A stretch of DNA of 64,000 nucleotides, taken from positions 14,055 through 78,054 of the forward strand of contig CAZMRY010000001.1 of NCBI GenBank assembly GCA_964568815.1. Direction: 5' to 3'. A model generated the notes under the pieces. That model searched no databases. It was not told where the DNA came from and saw nothing but the letters and a program-made list of their open reading frames with translations. Positions within the stretch are counted from its first letter, which is position 1; each line of letters starts with the position of its first letter. The position numbers and the translations under genes were made by a program. Source of the stretch: an uncultured Eubacteriales bacterium (GTDB lineage: Bacteria > Bacillota > Clostridia > RGIG6154). Positions 20,104-28,451 of the stretch are shown piece after piece.

Positions 20104-20856
20104 ATGAAGTTAGTATTACTTACTGCACTTGGCGTTGGCGGTGCAACATTAATAGGTTCAATTCTTGGATTTATTTTCAAATCGTTGTCTCACAAGTTTT
20201 CTGATATTGTTCTTTCCTTTGCAGCCGGTGTTATGCTTGCAGCTGCAGTTTTTGGACTTATTATGCCATCTGTGGAATATGGGGGCAAACTCGGACTGAT
20301 AACTACTGTGGCAGGTATCTTCGTTGGTGCATTGTCGTTAAATATAATTGATAAAATTGTTCCCCATTTACATAAGCTTATGGGAACAGAATATGAAGAA
20401 CATCACAACAAAAACTTAAGCAAGGTATTATTATTTGTTACTGCAATTGCAATTCACAATCTTCCCGAAGGTATTGCCGCAGGCGTTGGTTTTGGTTCAG
20501 GTGACACAAATCAGGCACTGCTGATTGCAGGTGGTATAGCTCTGCAGAACATTCCTGAAGGAATGGTGATTATCGGTCCTATGCTTGCATCAGGCGTTTC
20601 AACAAAGAAAACATTTATATGTGCAGCATTTACAGGCGTGGTTGAAGTTATAGGCACGCTGATTGGTTATTTTGCAGTAAGCATATCCCAGATAATACTC
20701 CCTTTTGCACTTGCTTTTGCAGGCGGAACAATGCTTTATGTAATAAGTGATGAAATGATTCCTGAAACACACTCTCACGGCAATCAAAGAGGTGCAACAT
20801 ATGCACTTTTAGTTGGTTTTTGTGTGATGCTTGTATCTGATGTTCTTTTAGGATGA
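20104..20856 (+). CDS. ZIP family metal (zinc) transporter
   Basis: HNLPEGIAAGVGF and LQNIPEGM motifs, 250 aa with 8 predicted TM helices, and SD AAAGGAGAAAT. Confidence 0.8.
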   Translation: MKLVLLTALGVGGATLIGSILGFIFKSLSHKFSDIVLSFAAGVMLAAAVFGLIMPSVEYGGKLGLITTVAGIFVGALSLNIIDKIVPHLHKLMGTEYEEHHNKNLSKVLLFVTAIAIHNLPEGIAAGVGFGSGDTNQALLIAGGIALQNIPEGMVIIGPMLASGVSTKKTFICAAFTGVVEVIGTLIGYFAVSISQIILPFALAFAGGTMLYVISDEMIPETHSHGNQRGATYALLVGFCVMLVSDVLLG

Positions 20857-20888
20857 AATCTCTTTAAATGTAATTTTTAAAAAAAATA

Positions 20889-20917
20889 TTGACAAATCAA
20901 TCTGAATGTGATAGAAT
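20889..20917 (+). promoter_or_regulatory. consensus sigmaA promoter for T-box leader 1
   Basis: TTGACA (20889-20894), a 17-nt spacer, then TAGAAT (20912-20917). Confidence 0.7.
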
Positions 20918-20924
20918 ATCTCCA

Positions 20925-21205
20925 ATTTAAACGCTGAGATGCGGAATAGTACGCAAAACACTTTCGCCTTGAGAGAGGTGCCGGTTGCTGCGAGGCATTG
21001 GGAAAGATTTGCAGAACTCACCGCGGAGCGGTTGCCGTGAACTAACAGTAGGGGCAAACGGGAACTCCCGTTACAGAGTTAAGATGTGTTAGCATCTAAG
21101 GTGCATTCTGAGCGAATGAAGAAGAGTGGTACCGCGGAAACGAAATTATAGCGTTTTCGTCTCTTTGAACCAACAGAGAGATGAAAGCGCTTTTTTGTTG
21201 GTTAT
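20925..21205 (+). promoter_or_regulatory. T-box riboswitch leader
   Basis: Conserved T-box sequence GAGTGGTACCGCGG at 21124-21137. The stem I elements cttGAGAGAGgtgccggttgctgcgaggca are shared with leader 2. An imperfect terminator (gcgttttcgtctctttg...caacagagagatgaaagcgc plus TTTTTT) ends at about 21200. Confidence 0.8.
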
Positions 21206-21239
21206 AGATATTACCTGTTATTTGAAAGGAGTTTTTAAA

Positions 21240-22628
21240 ATGAACAAAATTAACATTACAGACATTACCCTTAAAAAGCTTTCAGCAGAGCGTGAAGTAG
21301 CGCTTCTTTTCCGTGAAAAAACAGCAATTGCTGTTTGCGCTGATAAGCTTGGTGCAGATGCAATAGAGCTTGCTCCTGTGAAAAATCTTCGTGAAGATAC
21401 TATTATTTACAAAACTATTGCTCAAAATGTTGAAAATGCAACCGTTGCCATTCCTGTAGGCTTTAGTGCAGAGGAAGTTGCTGCAGCCTGGGAATGTGTC
21501 AAAGATGCTAAAAAACCTCGTCTTCAGATTGAGGTTCCTGTATCTACAGTTCAGATGGAATATACTTATCACATTAAAGCAGAAAAGATGCTTACCAAAA
21601 TTGGTGAACTTACAAAGTCTGCAAAAGATTTATGCAATGATGTAGAATTTTCTGCCCTTGATGCAACAAGAGCGGACATTGATTTTCTTATCAGTGCTGT
21701 AAAAGAAGCTGAGGCCAATGGTGCAAGCATTGTTACAATCTGCGATGACGCAGGTGCATCTCTCCCCGATTCTATTGCATCATTAGTTGAAAAAGTAAAA
21801 TCAGAAGTAAATATTCCTGTATATGTTCAGGTTTCTGATCGCATCAACATGGGTGTTGCATCAGCTATAGCATCTGTGCAGAAAGGTGCAGACGGTCTTA
21901 AATGTGCAATGGCAGGAAAAGATATTCTTTTAACAGGAGAAATTTCCGATGCAATTAAAGTATGTTTTGCAGAAACAGGTATTGAAACAAACCTCAACAC
22001 CACAAAAATTCACGCAAGCATTGATGAAATGCTTAGCCATATTAACCATGAAGCATACGAAAATGAAAACTCAGTAAGTGAAAAGAAAAAAATTCTTCTT
22101 GATGCTGACAGCACAATCGTTCAGGTTGCACAAGCTGCACAGGTTTTAGGTTACGAGCTTTCAGATTCAGATATTGGAAATGTTCATAAAGCACTTATTC
22201 GGATATGCCAGAAAAAAGATGCTGTCGGAGCAAAAGAACTTGAGGCTTTAATCGCAAGCTCTGCTATGCAGGCTCCTTCAACATATCATTTTGAAAGCTA
22301 TACAACAACAAGCAGTAATCTTACAAGCTCAATGTCACAGGTAACTTTAAAATGCAATGATGAAATTATTTGCGGTGTAAGTGCAGGTGACGGTCCTGTT
22401 GACTCCGCTTTCCGTGCTATCGAACAATGCATAGGACATCACTACGAGCTTGATGATTTCCAGGTTCAGTCTGTAACTGAAGGAAAAGAAGCTTTGGGTT
22501 CTGCAGTTGTAAGACTCAGAAATAATGGTAAGCTTTATTCAGGCAACGGTATTTCAACAGACATCGTTGCAGCAAGCATAAGAGCTTATGTAAACGCTCT
22601 TAACAAAATAGTATTTGAGGAGGCATAA
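21240..22628 (+). CDS. 2-isopropylmalate synthase homologue (LeuA/HMGL-like fold) with substituted catalytic motifs
   Basis: Collinear with LeuA: AAWECVKDAKKPRLQ vs AAWEAVKDAKNPRIH, and LCNDVEFSALDATR vs LCDDVEFSAEDATR. DTTLRDGEQ is replaced by TDITLKKLSAE, and the HxH metal site by QVS. The SD-supported start is 21240 (AAAGGAG+9), whereas the ORF track starts at 21126 inside the T-box terminator. Confidence 0.7.
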   Translation: MNKINITDITLKKLSAEREVALLFREKTAIAVCADKLGADAIELAPVKNLREDTIIYKTIAQNVENATVAIPVGFSAEEVAAAWECVKDAKKPRLQIEVPVSTVQMEYTYHIKAEKMLTKIGELTKSAKDLCNDVEFSALDATRADIDFLISAVKEAEANGASIVTICDDAGASLPDSIASLVEKVKSEVNIPVYVQVSDRINMGVASAIASVQKGADGLKCAMAGKDILLTGEISDAIKVCFAETGIETNLNTTKIHASIDEMLSHINHEAYENENSVSEKKKILLDADSTIVQVAQAAQVLGYELSDSDIGNVHKALIRICQKKDAVGAKELEALIASSAMQAPSTYHFESYTTTSSNLTSSMSQVTLKCNDEIICGVSAGDGPVDSAFRAIEQCIGHHYELDDFQVQSVTEGKEALGSAVVRLRNNGKLYSGNGISTDIVAASIRAYVNALNKIVFEEA

Positions 22629-22629
22629 A

Positions 22630-25089
22630 ATGAAAATTGTATTTTCAACCAAGAATGTAAATCGTGCATCTTTCCTTGATATATGCCGCTATGCTTACGA
22701 TTACGGATTTGAAGGCTTTGAAATACACGATGCAATAAAAGAACGCGGTCAGCATCACGACAGTATTTTGCGTCGTGACCGCACATCAGATGCTAAAAGA
22801 AAGCTTATAAACCGTAAACTTTCAGTTCCTGCACTTCGCATGCCTTATCCTGTTGAAAGTGCGGAAACTACATCAGAAATACTTGTAAAATATGTTGATA
22901 TGGCTGCAAATGCCGGAATCAGCAATATTATAGTGCGTGTAGAAGAAGAAACATCTTTTGATATATTAAACGAAAAGCTTGCAGATGCAGTTAAAGCAGC
23001 TGAAAAATCAGATGTTGGAATTTTATTTGAAACAGTTGGTTTTCTTTCAGACACAGAAAATGTTATAAAAATTATCAACCACTTCTCCTCTGCTGCAATC
23101 GGTGCATCATGGAATGTCAGAGGAACATATTTTGGTGCAGGTGAAACTGCAGAAACAACAATCAAAACACTTGGTGCATACATCAAATATGTCCGCCTTG
23201 GTGATATGAAAGACGGGAAAACAGTTTTAATCGGCGAAGGCGAACTTCCTGTTGAAAACTTAATCAATGCCCTTTCTTCACTTAACTTTGACGGATTTAT
23301 CTGTGCTGCATGGAATGAAGATATAAATGATGCGGATATTGTTTTAACACACTTTGCAAACTACATTTCTTCTCTTAAAAGAGAAAAGAAAACATATGAC
23401 CGTGCATATTACAACCGTTCAAAAACAGGTACTTATGTATGGAAAAAATATGATGTAATCGATGCAACTTTCTCTGATGTTCTTGACACTATGGTAGAGA
23501 ATTATCCTGACCAGTATGCATTTAAGTATCCTACCCTTGATTACACAAGAACCTATGAACAATTCCGTCGTGATGTTGACGAATGTGCTGCTGCACTCAT
23601 ATCACTCGGTGTAAAAGCAGGCGACCATGTTGCTGTATGGGCAACTAATGTTCCTGAATGGTACATTACTTTCTGGGCTACTACAAAAATCGGTGCTGTT
23701 CTTGTTACAGTAAATACTGCATACAAAATCCATGAAATAGAATATCTGTTAAAACAGTCAGACACTCATACTCTTGTTATGATTGAATACTGTAAGGATA
23801 TTAACTACAAAGAAATAATTCAGGAGCTCTGTCCTGAACTTGAAAATCTTACACCAGGTGAACCTCTCTATTCAAAAAATCTCCCATTCCTTCGCAATGT
23901 TGTAACAGCAGGCTTTTCAATGAATGGATGTCTCACATGGGAGCAGATGCTTTCGCGTTCTGCTTTAGTACCTCGTGAAGAAGTAAGAAGAAGAGCTTCA
24001 CTTGTTAAGCCTGACGATGTTTGCAATATGCAGTACACATCAGGTACAACAGGCTTTCCTAAAGGCGTTATGCTTACACATCGCAATATTGTAAATAACG
24101 GTAAAACTATCGGCGACAGAATGGATTTATCTACAGCTGACCGCATGATGATTCAGGTTCCTATGTTCCACTGTTTCGGCATGGTACTTTCTATGACCTC
24201 TATGATGACTCACGGCGGAACTCTCTGCCCTATCCCATATTTTTCACCGAAATCATCGCTCGCTTGCGTGAATGACGAAAAAATCACCTGTTTTAACGGT
24301 GTTCCTACTATGTTTATTGCTATGTTTAATCATCCTGATTTTGCAAAAACTGATTTCTCATATATGCGCACAGGTATTATGGCAGGTGCAAACTGCCCTG
24401 CTGACTTAATGCGTCGTGCTGCAGATGAAATGAATATGAAAGAAATTATATCTGTTTACGGTCAGACAGAGGCATCACCAGGATGCACAATGGGTGAAGT
24501 AAATGAAGACATCGACCATCGTGTTGAAACTGTTGGCAGTCCGTTTCCTGGTGTTGAATGTAAAGTTATTGACCCTGAAACAGGCGAAGAGCTTCCTGAT
24601 GGAGAGAGCGGTGAGTTTGTAGCCCGTGGCTTTAACATAATGAAAGGCTATTACAAAATGCCTGAAGCAACAGCACAGGCGATTGATGCTGACGGTTGGC
24701 TTCATTCAGGTGATATCTGTTGCAGAACTCCTGATGGTTATTACAAAGTAACAGGCAGACTTAAAGATATGATTATCCGTGGCGGTGAAAACCTCTATCC
24801 TCGTGAAATTGAAGAATTTTATCTGACAAATCCTAAGGTAAGAGATGTTCAGGTAGTTGGTGTACCTGATGAAAAATATGGTGAAGAATGTTGTGCATGG
24901 ATTATTCTTCACAAGGGTGAAACTGCTGACGAAAACGAAATGAAAGAATTTGGCAACGCATCAATTGCAAGACACAAGGTTCCTAAGTATTTCTTATTCG
25001 TTAAGGAATTCCCTATGAACGCTGCAGGTAAAATTTTAAAATATAAAATGCGTGACGAATCAACAGAAATTTTAGGTCTTAAAAAATAA
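22630..25089 (+). CDS. fusion protein: xylose-isomerase-like TIM-barrel domain plus AMP-dependent acyl-CoA synthetase/ligase (ANL superfamily)
   Basis: The N-terminal ~270 aa look like a sugar-phosphate isomerase/epimerase TIM barrel. The C-terminal part carries the AMP-binding motif YTSGTTGFPKGVMLTHRN and core motifs GQTE and GWLHSGD. The start ATG at 22630 sits after GGAGG and directly follows the upstream TAA at 22626-22628. Confidence 0.8.
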   Translation: MKIVFSTKNVNRASFLDICRYAYDYGFEGFEIHDAIKERGQHHDSILRRDRTSDAKRKLINRKLSVPALRMPYPVESAETTSEILVKYVDMAANAGISNIIVRVEEETSFDILNEKLADAVKAAEKSDVGILFETVGFLSDTENVIKIINHFSSAAIGASWNVRGTYFGAGETAETTIKTLGAYIKYVRLGDMKDGKTVLIGEGELPVENLINALSSLNFDGFICAAWNEDINDADIVLTHFANYISSLKREKKTYDRAYYNRSKTGTYVWKKYDVIDATFSDVLDTMVENYPDQYAFKYPTLDYTRTYEQFRRDVDECAAALISLGVKAGDHVAVWATNVPEWYITFWATTKIGAVLVTVNTAYKIHEIEYLLKQSDTHTLVMIEYCKDINYKEIIQELCPELENLTPGEPLYSKNLPFLRNVVTAGFSMNGCLTWEQMLSRSALVPREEVRRRASLVKPDDVCNMQYTSGTTGFPKGVMLTHRNIVNNGKTIGDRMDLSTADRMMIQVPMFHCFGMVLSMTSMMTHGGTLCPIPYFSPKSSLACVNDEKITCFNGVPTMFIAMFNHPDFAKTDFSYMRTGIMAGANCPADLMRRAADEMNMKEIISVYGQTEASPGCTMGEVNEDIDHRVETVGSPFPGVECKVIDPETGEELPDGESGEFVARGFNIMKGYYKMPEATAQAIDADGWLHSGDICCRTPDGYYKVTGRLKDMIIRGGENLYPREIEEFYLTNPKVRDVQVVGVPDEKYGEECCAWIILHKGETADENEMKEFGNASIARHKVPKYFLFVKEFPMNAAGKILKYKMRDESTEILGLKK

Positions 25090-25101
25090 TTAAAAAAAGT
25101 A

Positions 25102-25130
25102 TTGACAATTCAAAAGAACCGTTGTATAAT
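25102..25130 (+). promoter_or_regulatory. consensus sigmaA promoter for T-box leader 2
   Basis: TTGACA (25102-25107), a 17-nt spacer, then TATAAT (25125-25130). Confidence 0.7.
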
Positions 25131-25134
25131 AATC

Positions 25135-25420
25135 ACAAATTTGAATATCACAAAGAACGACTATGACGAAGACGGTCGGATTGTGAAGCCCTGAGAGAGT
25201 TGCCGGTTGGTGCGAGGCAAAGGTGAATCTTTCCAATGACCTATCACTTCTGAGTCGGAGGACCGAAAGGCAAAGCTGAGTAGACTCCTTCCGTAATGCT
25301 GCGTAAAAGCAAAGGACTTGATAGAGTCCGTAAAGTGACGGAATTTTTTCCGTAATTTGAGTGGTACCGCGGGTATAATAACTCGTCTCAAAAGAAATCT
25401 TTTTGAGACGGGTTTTTTGT
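25135..25420 (+). promoter_or_regulatory. T-box riboswitch leader
   Basis: TTTGAGTGGTACCGCGGG T-box sequence at about 25357-25374. The terminator cgtctcaaaag(aaatc)cttttgagacg plus GGTTTTTT spans 25384-25418. Stem I shares ccctGAGAGAGttgccggttggtgcgaggca with leader 1. Confidence 0.8.
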
Positions 25421-25463
25421 TTTATTCAAACCGTATCAACGGAAATGAAAGGAGACAAAAGAA

Positions 25464-27761
25464 ATGGATTACAATTTAAAAGAAGTTGCAGGAAGAATCA
25501 GAGACCTCAGAGAAGCAAAAGGCTATACACCTGATGAGCTTGCTAAGCTTACTGGCGTAACTGTTGAGGATTACAAAATTCTTGAAGAAGGCGAAACTGA
25601 TTTCAGCTTCACTTTTATCTACAAGTGTGCAAAAGCTTGTGGTGTTGAAGTAGTTGATATTTTAGAGGGAACAAGTTCAACTCTTACATCATTTGCTATC
25701 ACAAGAAAAGGCGAAGGTCTTAAAATTATCAAAAAGCAAGGTGTTGTTTACAACAACTTAGCTCCTAAATTCAAAGATAAGCTTGCTGAACCTTTCCTTG
25801 TTAAATTCCCCTACCTTGCAGAAGAACAGAACGCTCCTATAAAGCTTAATTCTCATAACGGACAGGAATTTGATGTTATCGTTAAAGGATCACTTAAGGT
25901 TCAGGTTGGAAACCATGTAGATATACTCAACGAAGGCGATTCTATTTTCTATAACAGTATCATCCCCCACGGTATGATTGCAGTTAGTGAAGGAGGATGT
26001 GAATTCCACGCTGTTGTACTCAACCCACAGGATGGTCAGGTAAGTGAAGAATATCCTGAAGCTCCGTTTATTGCTGCAAAAGCTGCAGTTGTTCAGAACA
26101 AAACTGAAACAGTTGCAGATAAATTTATTGAATCATCCTATGATGAAAATGGTGTATTTAACGGAATTACATTCAAAAATGAAGATAAATTCAACTTTGC
26201 ATTCGACTGTGTTGATGCAATCGCTGAAAAGAATCCTGATAAACTTGCAATGATGTGGGTCGCAAATGACAAAACTGACCGAAAGTTTACTTTCGGCGAT
26301 ATGAAAAAATATTCTGCAAAAACTGCAAACTATTTTGAATCACTTGGTATCAAAAAAGGCGATACAGTAATGCTCGTTTTAAAGAGACATTATCAGTTCT
26401 GGTTCTGTATGCTTGCACTTCATAAAATCGGTGCTATTGCAATCCCTGCAACAAACCAGCTTGTTGAACACGATTTCACATACAGATATAAGGCTGCAAA
26501 GGTTAAAGCTATAGTTTGCACAGCGGATGGTGATGTTTCAACAGAAGCAGAAAAGGCTGCATCTGAGTTCCCTGGAATGATAAAAGTTCTTGTTGGCGGA
26601 GAAAAAGAAGGCTGGAACAACTTCAATGTTGAAATGGAAAGATTCAGCACACACTACTTCCGTAATGAAAACACTCCTTGCGGTGACGACCCGATGCTTA
26701 TGCTCTTTACTTCAGGAACAACAGGATATCCTCGTATTGCAACACATTCTTATAAATATGCATTAGGACATTATCCTACAGCTAAACACTGGCATAATGT
26801 TAACCCTGACGGACTTCACTTTACAATTTCAGACACAGGCTGGGGTAAAGCTCTCTGGGGCAAACTCTATGGACAATGGCTTTGCGAAGCAGCACAATTC
26901 ACATACGACTTTGACCGTTTCCATTCAGAAGATATTTTGCCAATGTTTGCAAAATACAATATCACAACATTCTGTGCTCCACCGACAATGTACAGATTCT
27001 TTATCAAAGAAGATTTATCACAATATGACCTTTCATCAATTGAGTATGCAACAACAGCAGGTGAAGCACTTAATCCTGAAGTATTTAACCAGTTCAAAAA
27101 AGCTACAGGGCTTACAATTATGGAAGGCTTTGGACAGACAGAAACAACACTTTCTATCGCAAACTTTGTTGGTACTACACCAAAAATCGGTTCAATGGGC
27201 AGACCAAGTCCACTTTATGATGTAGTAGTTTTAGATCCTGACGGAAAGGAATGTAAAACAGGTGATGCAGGTGAAATCTGTATCCGTACAAAAGAAGGTA
27301 CACCTTGCGGTCTCTTTATCGGCTATTACTTAGACGATGAGAAAACAAAGGAAGTATGGCACGACGGATACTACCACACAGGCGACCAGGCTACAATGGA
27401 CGAAGACGGATATCTCTGGTATGTGGGAAGAATTGATGATGTTATCAAATCATCAGGCTACCGTATCGGACCTTTTGAAATTGAAAGTGTTATTATGGAA
27501 CTTCCTTATGTTCTTGAATGTGCAATCACTCCTGTTCCAGATGAAGTTCGCGGACAGATTGTAAAGGCCACAATCGTACTCACAAAGGGTAATGAAGGCA
27601 CAGACGAGCTTAAAAAGGAAATTCAGGAATATGTTAAGACACATACAGCACCTTACAAATACCCAAGAATTGTTGAATTCGTTGACGAACTTCCAAAAAC
27701 AATCAGCGGTAAAGTAAGAAGAGTTGAAATCCGTAACAAAGACCTTGAGAAAAACAAATAA
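25464..27761 (+). CDS. fusion protein: XRE-type HTH plus cupin sensor domain (PuuR-like) fused to AMP-dependent acyl-CoA synthetase/ligase
   Basis: N-terminal HTH (LREAKGYTPDELAKLTGVTVEDYKILEEGE) followed by a cupin (GDSIFYNSIIPHGM). The ANL domain then carries FTSGTTGYPR, GQTE, YYHTGDQ and a C-terminal PKTISGKVRR. It is a continuous 765-aa ORF. Confidence 0.8.
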   Translation: MDYNLKEVAGRIRDLREAKGYTPDELAKLTGVTVEDYKILEEGETDFSFTFIYKCAKACGVEVVDILEGTSSTLTSFAITRKGEGLKIIKKQGVVYNNLAPKFKDKLAEPFLVKFPYLAEEQNAPIKLNSHNGQEFDVIVKGSLKVQVGNHVDILNEGDSIFYNSIIPHGMIAVSEGGCEFHAVVLNPQDGQVSEEYPEAPFIAAKAAVVQNKTETVADKFIESSYDENGVFNGITFKNEDKFNFAFDCVDAIAEKNPDKLAMMWVANDKTDRKFTFGDMKKYSAKTANYFESLGIKKGDTVMLVLKRHYQFWFCMLALHKIGAIAIPATNQLVEHDFTYRYKAAKVKAIVCTADGDVSTEAEKAASEFPGMIKVLVGGEKEGWNNFNVEMERFSTHYFRNENTPCGDDPMLMLFTSGTTGYPRIATHSYKYALGHYPTAKHWHNVNPDGLHFTISDTGWGKALWGKLYGQWLCEAAQFTYDFDRFHSEDILPMFAKYNITTFCAPPTMYRFFIKEDLSQYDLSSIEYATTAGEALNPEVFNQFKKATGLTIMEGFGQTETTLSIANFVGTTPKIGSMGRPSPLYDVVVLDPDGKECKTGDAGEICIRTKEGTPCGLFIGYYLDDEKTKEVWHDGYYHTGDQATMDEDGYLWYVGRIDDVIKSSGYRIGPFEIESVIMELPYVLECAITPVPDEVRGQIVKATIVLTKGNEGTDELKKEIQEYVKTHTAPYKYPRIVEFVDELPKTISGKVRRVEIRNKDLEKNK

Positions 27762-27769
27762 ACAATTTA

Positions 27770-27795
27770 AACCCGAGCAAACGCTCGGGTTTAAT
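27770..27795 (+). terminator. rho-independent terminator after the ligase operon
   Basis: aacccgagc(aaac)gctcgggtt then taatgtt. Confidence 0.5.
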
Positions 27796-28029
27796 GTTAT
27801 AACAAAAGGCACACGCAAATTTGCTATTATGAAACATTAGCTGCAAACTCACTTCTTTTCATTTTTCCACTCCTTTCTAAAAGGGTTTTTATTCAGCAAT
27901 TACAAGAGACTCATTGAGCACCTTGCCACAATAGTTACACTTATTGCAATCCTTATCACACGATGTTGTATGTATCCAGAGATCTCCCGGTATTTTAGAA
28001 CTGTCGATTACATACGGTGCAAAAACTGA

Positions 28030-28305
28030 GATATTGCACTTGATATTATGTATGGCGGAAGAGGAACAGACGCTTACAATCAGGCAATGTCTACAAAAGT
28101 ATCTGAGTACAGCGATAAGGCACAAGGGACTGACCTTCTTGAAAAAGAGCTTGTTGCTGAATTTACAAGAACACAGCTTTCAAATGAGGGAGTTGTTGAA
28201 AGAATAGTTAAGGAAAACAGAAATGTTGCAACAAAAATCTACAATGCTCTTAAAAAAGCCTACACAAACATCAAAAATAAGCTTCAGGGAAAAGAAACTA
28301 GATAA
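28030..28305 (+). pseudogene. remnant (~92 codons) of a giant polyvalent-protein gene paralogous to 39859-49599
   Basis: DIALDIMYGGRGTDAYNQAMS...KELVAEFTRTQLSNEGVVERIVKENRNVATKIYNALKKAY aligns to the giant protein ...IAFDIMYGGENTDSYKEAYNT...KELVANFTMKRLDEKVINRIVMQNRNVAVRMFNALKAAY. It lies on the opposite strand from the giant gene, with in-frame stops on both sides. Confidence 0.7.
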
Positions 28306-28370
28306 GTGTATCGGTGAATTCAGAACACCCTAAAAACGGCACATATTTGATAAATTTAATATTAAACTAC

Positions 28371-28408
28371 ATAAAACCCTGCTTTGCTTGATGCAAAACA
28401 GGGTTTAT
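28371..28408 (-). terminator. bidirectional rho-independent terminator downstream of the catalase 3' segment
   Basis: ccctgctttgc(ttgat)gcaaaacaggg forms an 11-bp stem with one mismatch. It is flanked by an A-run on one side and a T-run on the other. Confidence 0.6.
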
Positions 28409-28451
28409 CGATGGTCTGAAATCCACTTCAAATTGAAGTAGATTTTATTGT

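Noticed and set aside
21126-21239. ORF-track N-terminal extension of the LeuA-like gene (MVPRKRNYSVFVSLNQQRDE...)
   Set aside because: This stretch is the T-box leader and terminator RNA. A proper SD-ATG lies at 21240, where the LeuA homology begins.
22845-24912. Minus-strand ORFs 22845-23267 (140 aa), 23553-23765, 23868-24146, 24475-24912 inside the TIM::ligase fusion gene
   Set aside because: Antisense to a motif-rich ANL enzyme gene, Ser/Pro/Thr-rich and low complexity, with no SD.
26044-27225. Plus- and minus-strand small ORFs inside the HTH-cupin::ligase gene, including a 142-aa alternate-frame ORF 26797-27225
   Set aside because: They are alternate frames of a continuous 765-aa ORF that carries all ANL core motifs in the main frame.
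27889-28207. ORFs 27889-28125 (-) and 27944-28207 (+) near the giant-gene remnant
   Set aside because: They overlap the remnant region in other frames. Only the 28030-28305 frame shows homology to the giant protein. Treated as decayed DNA.
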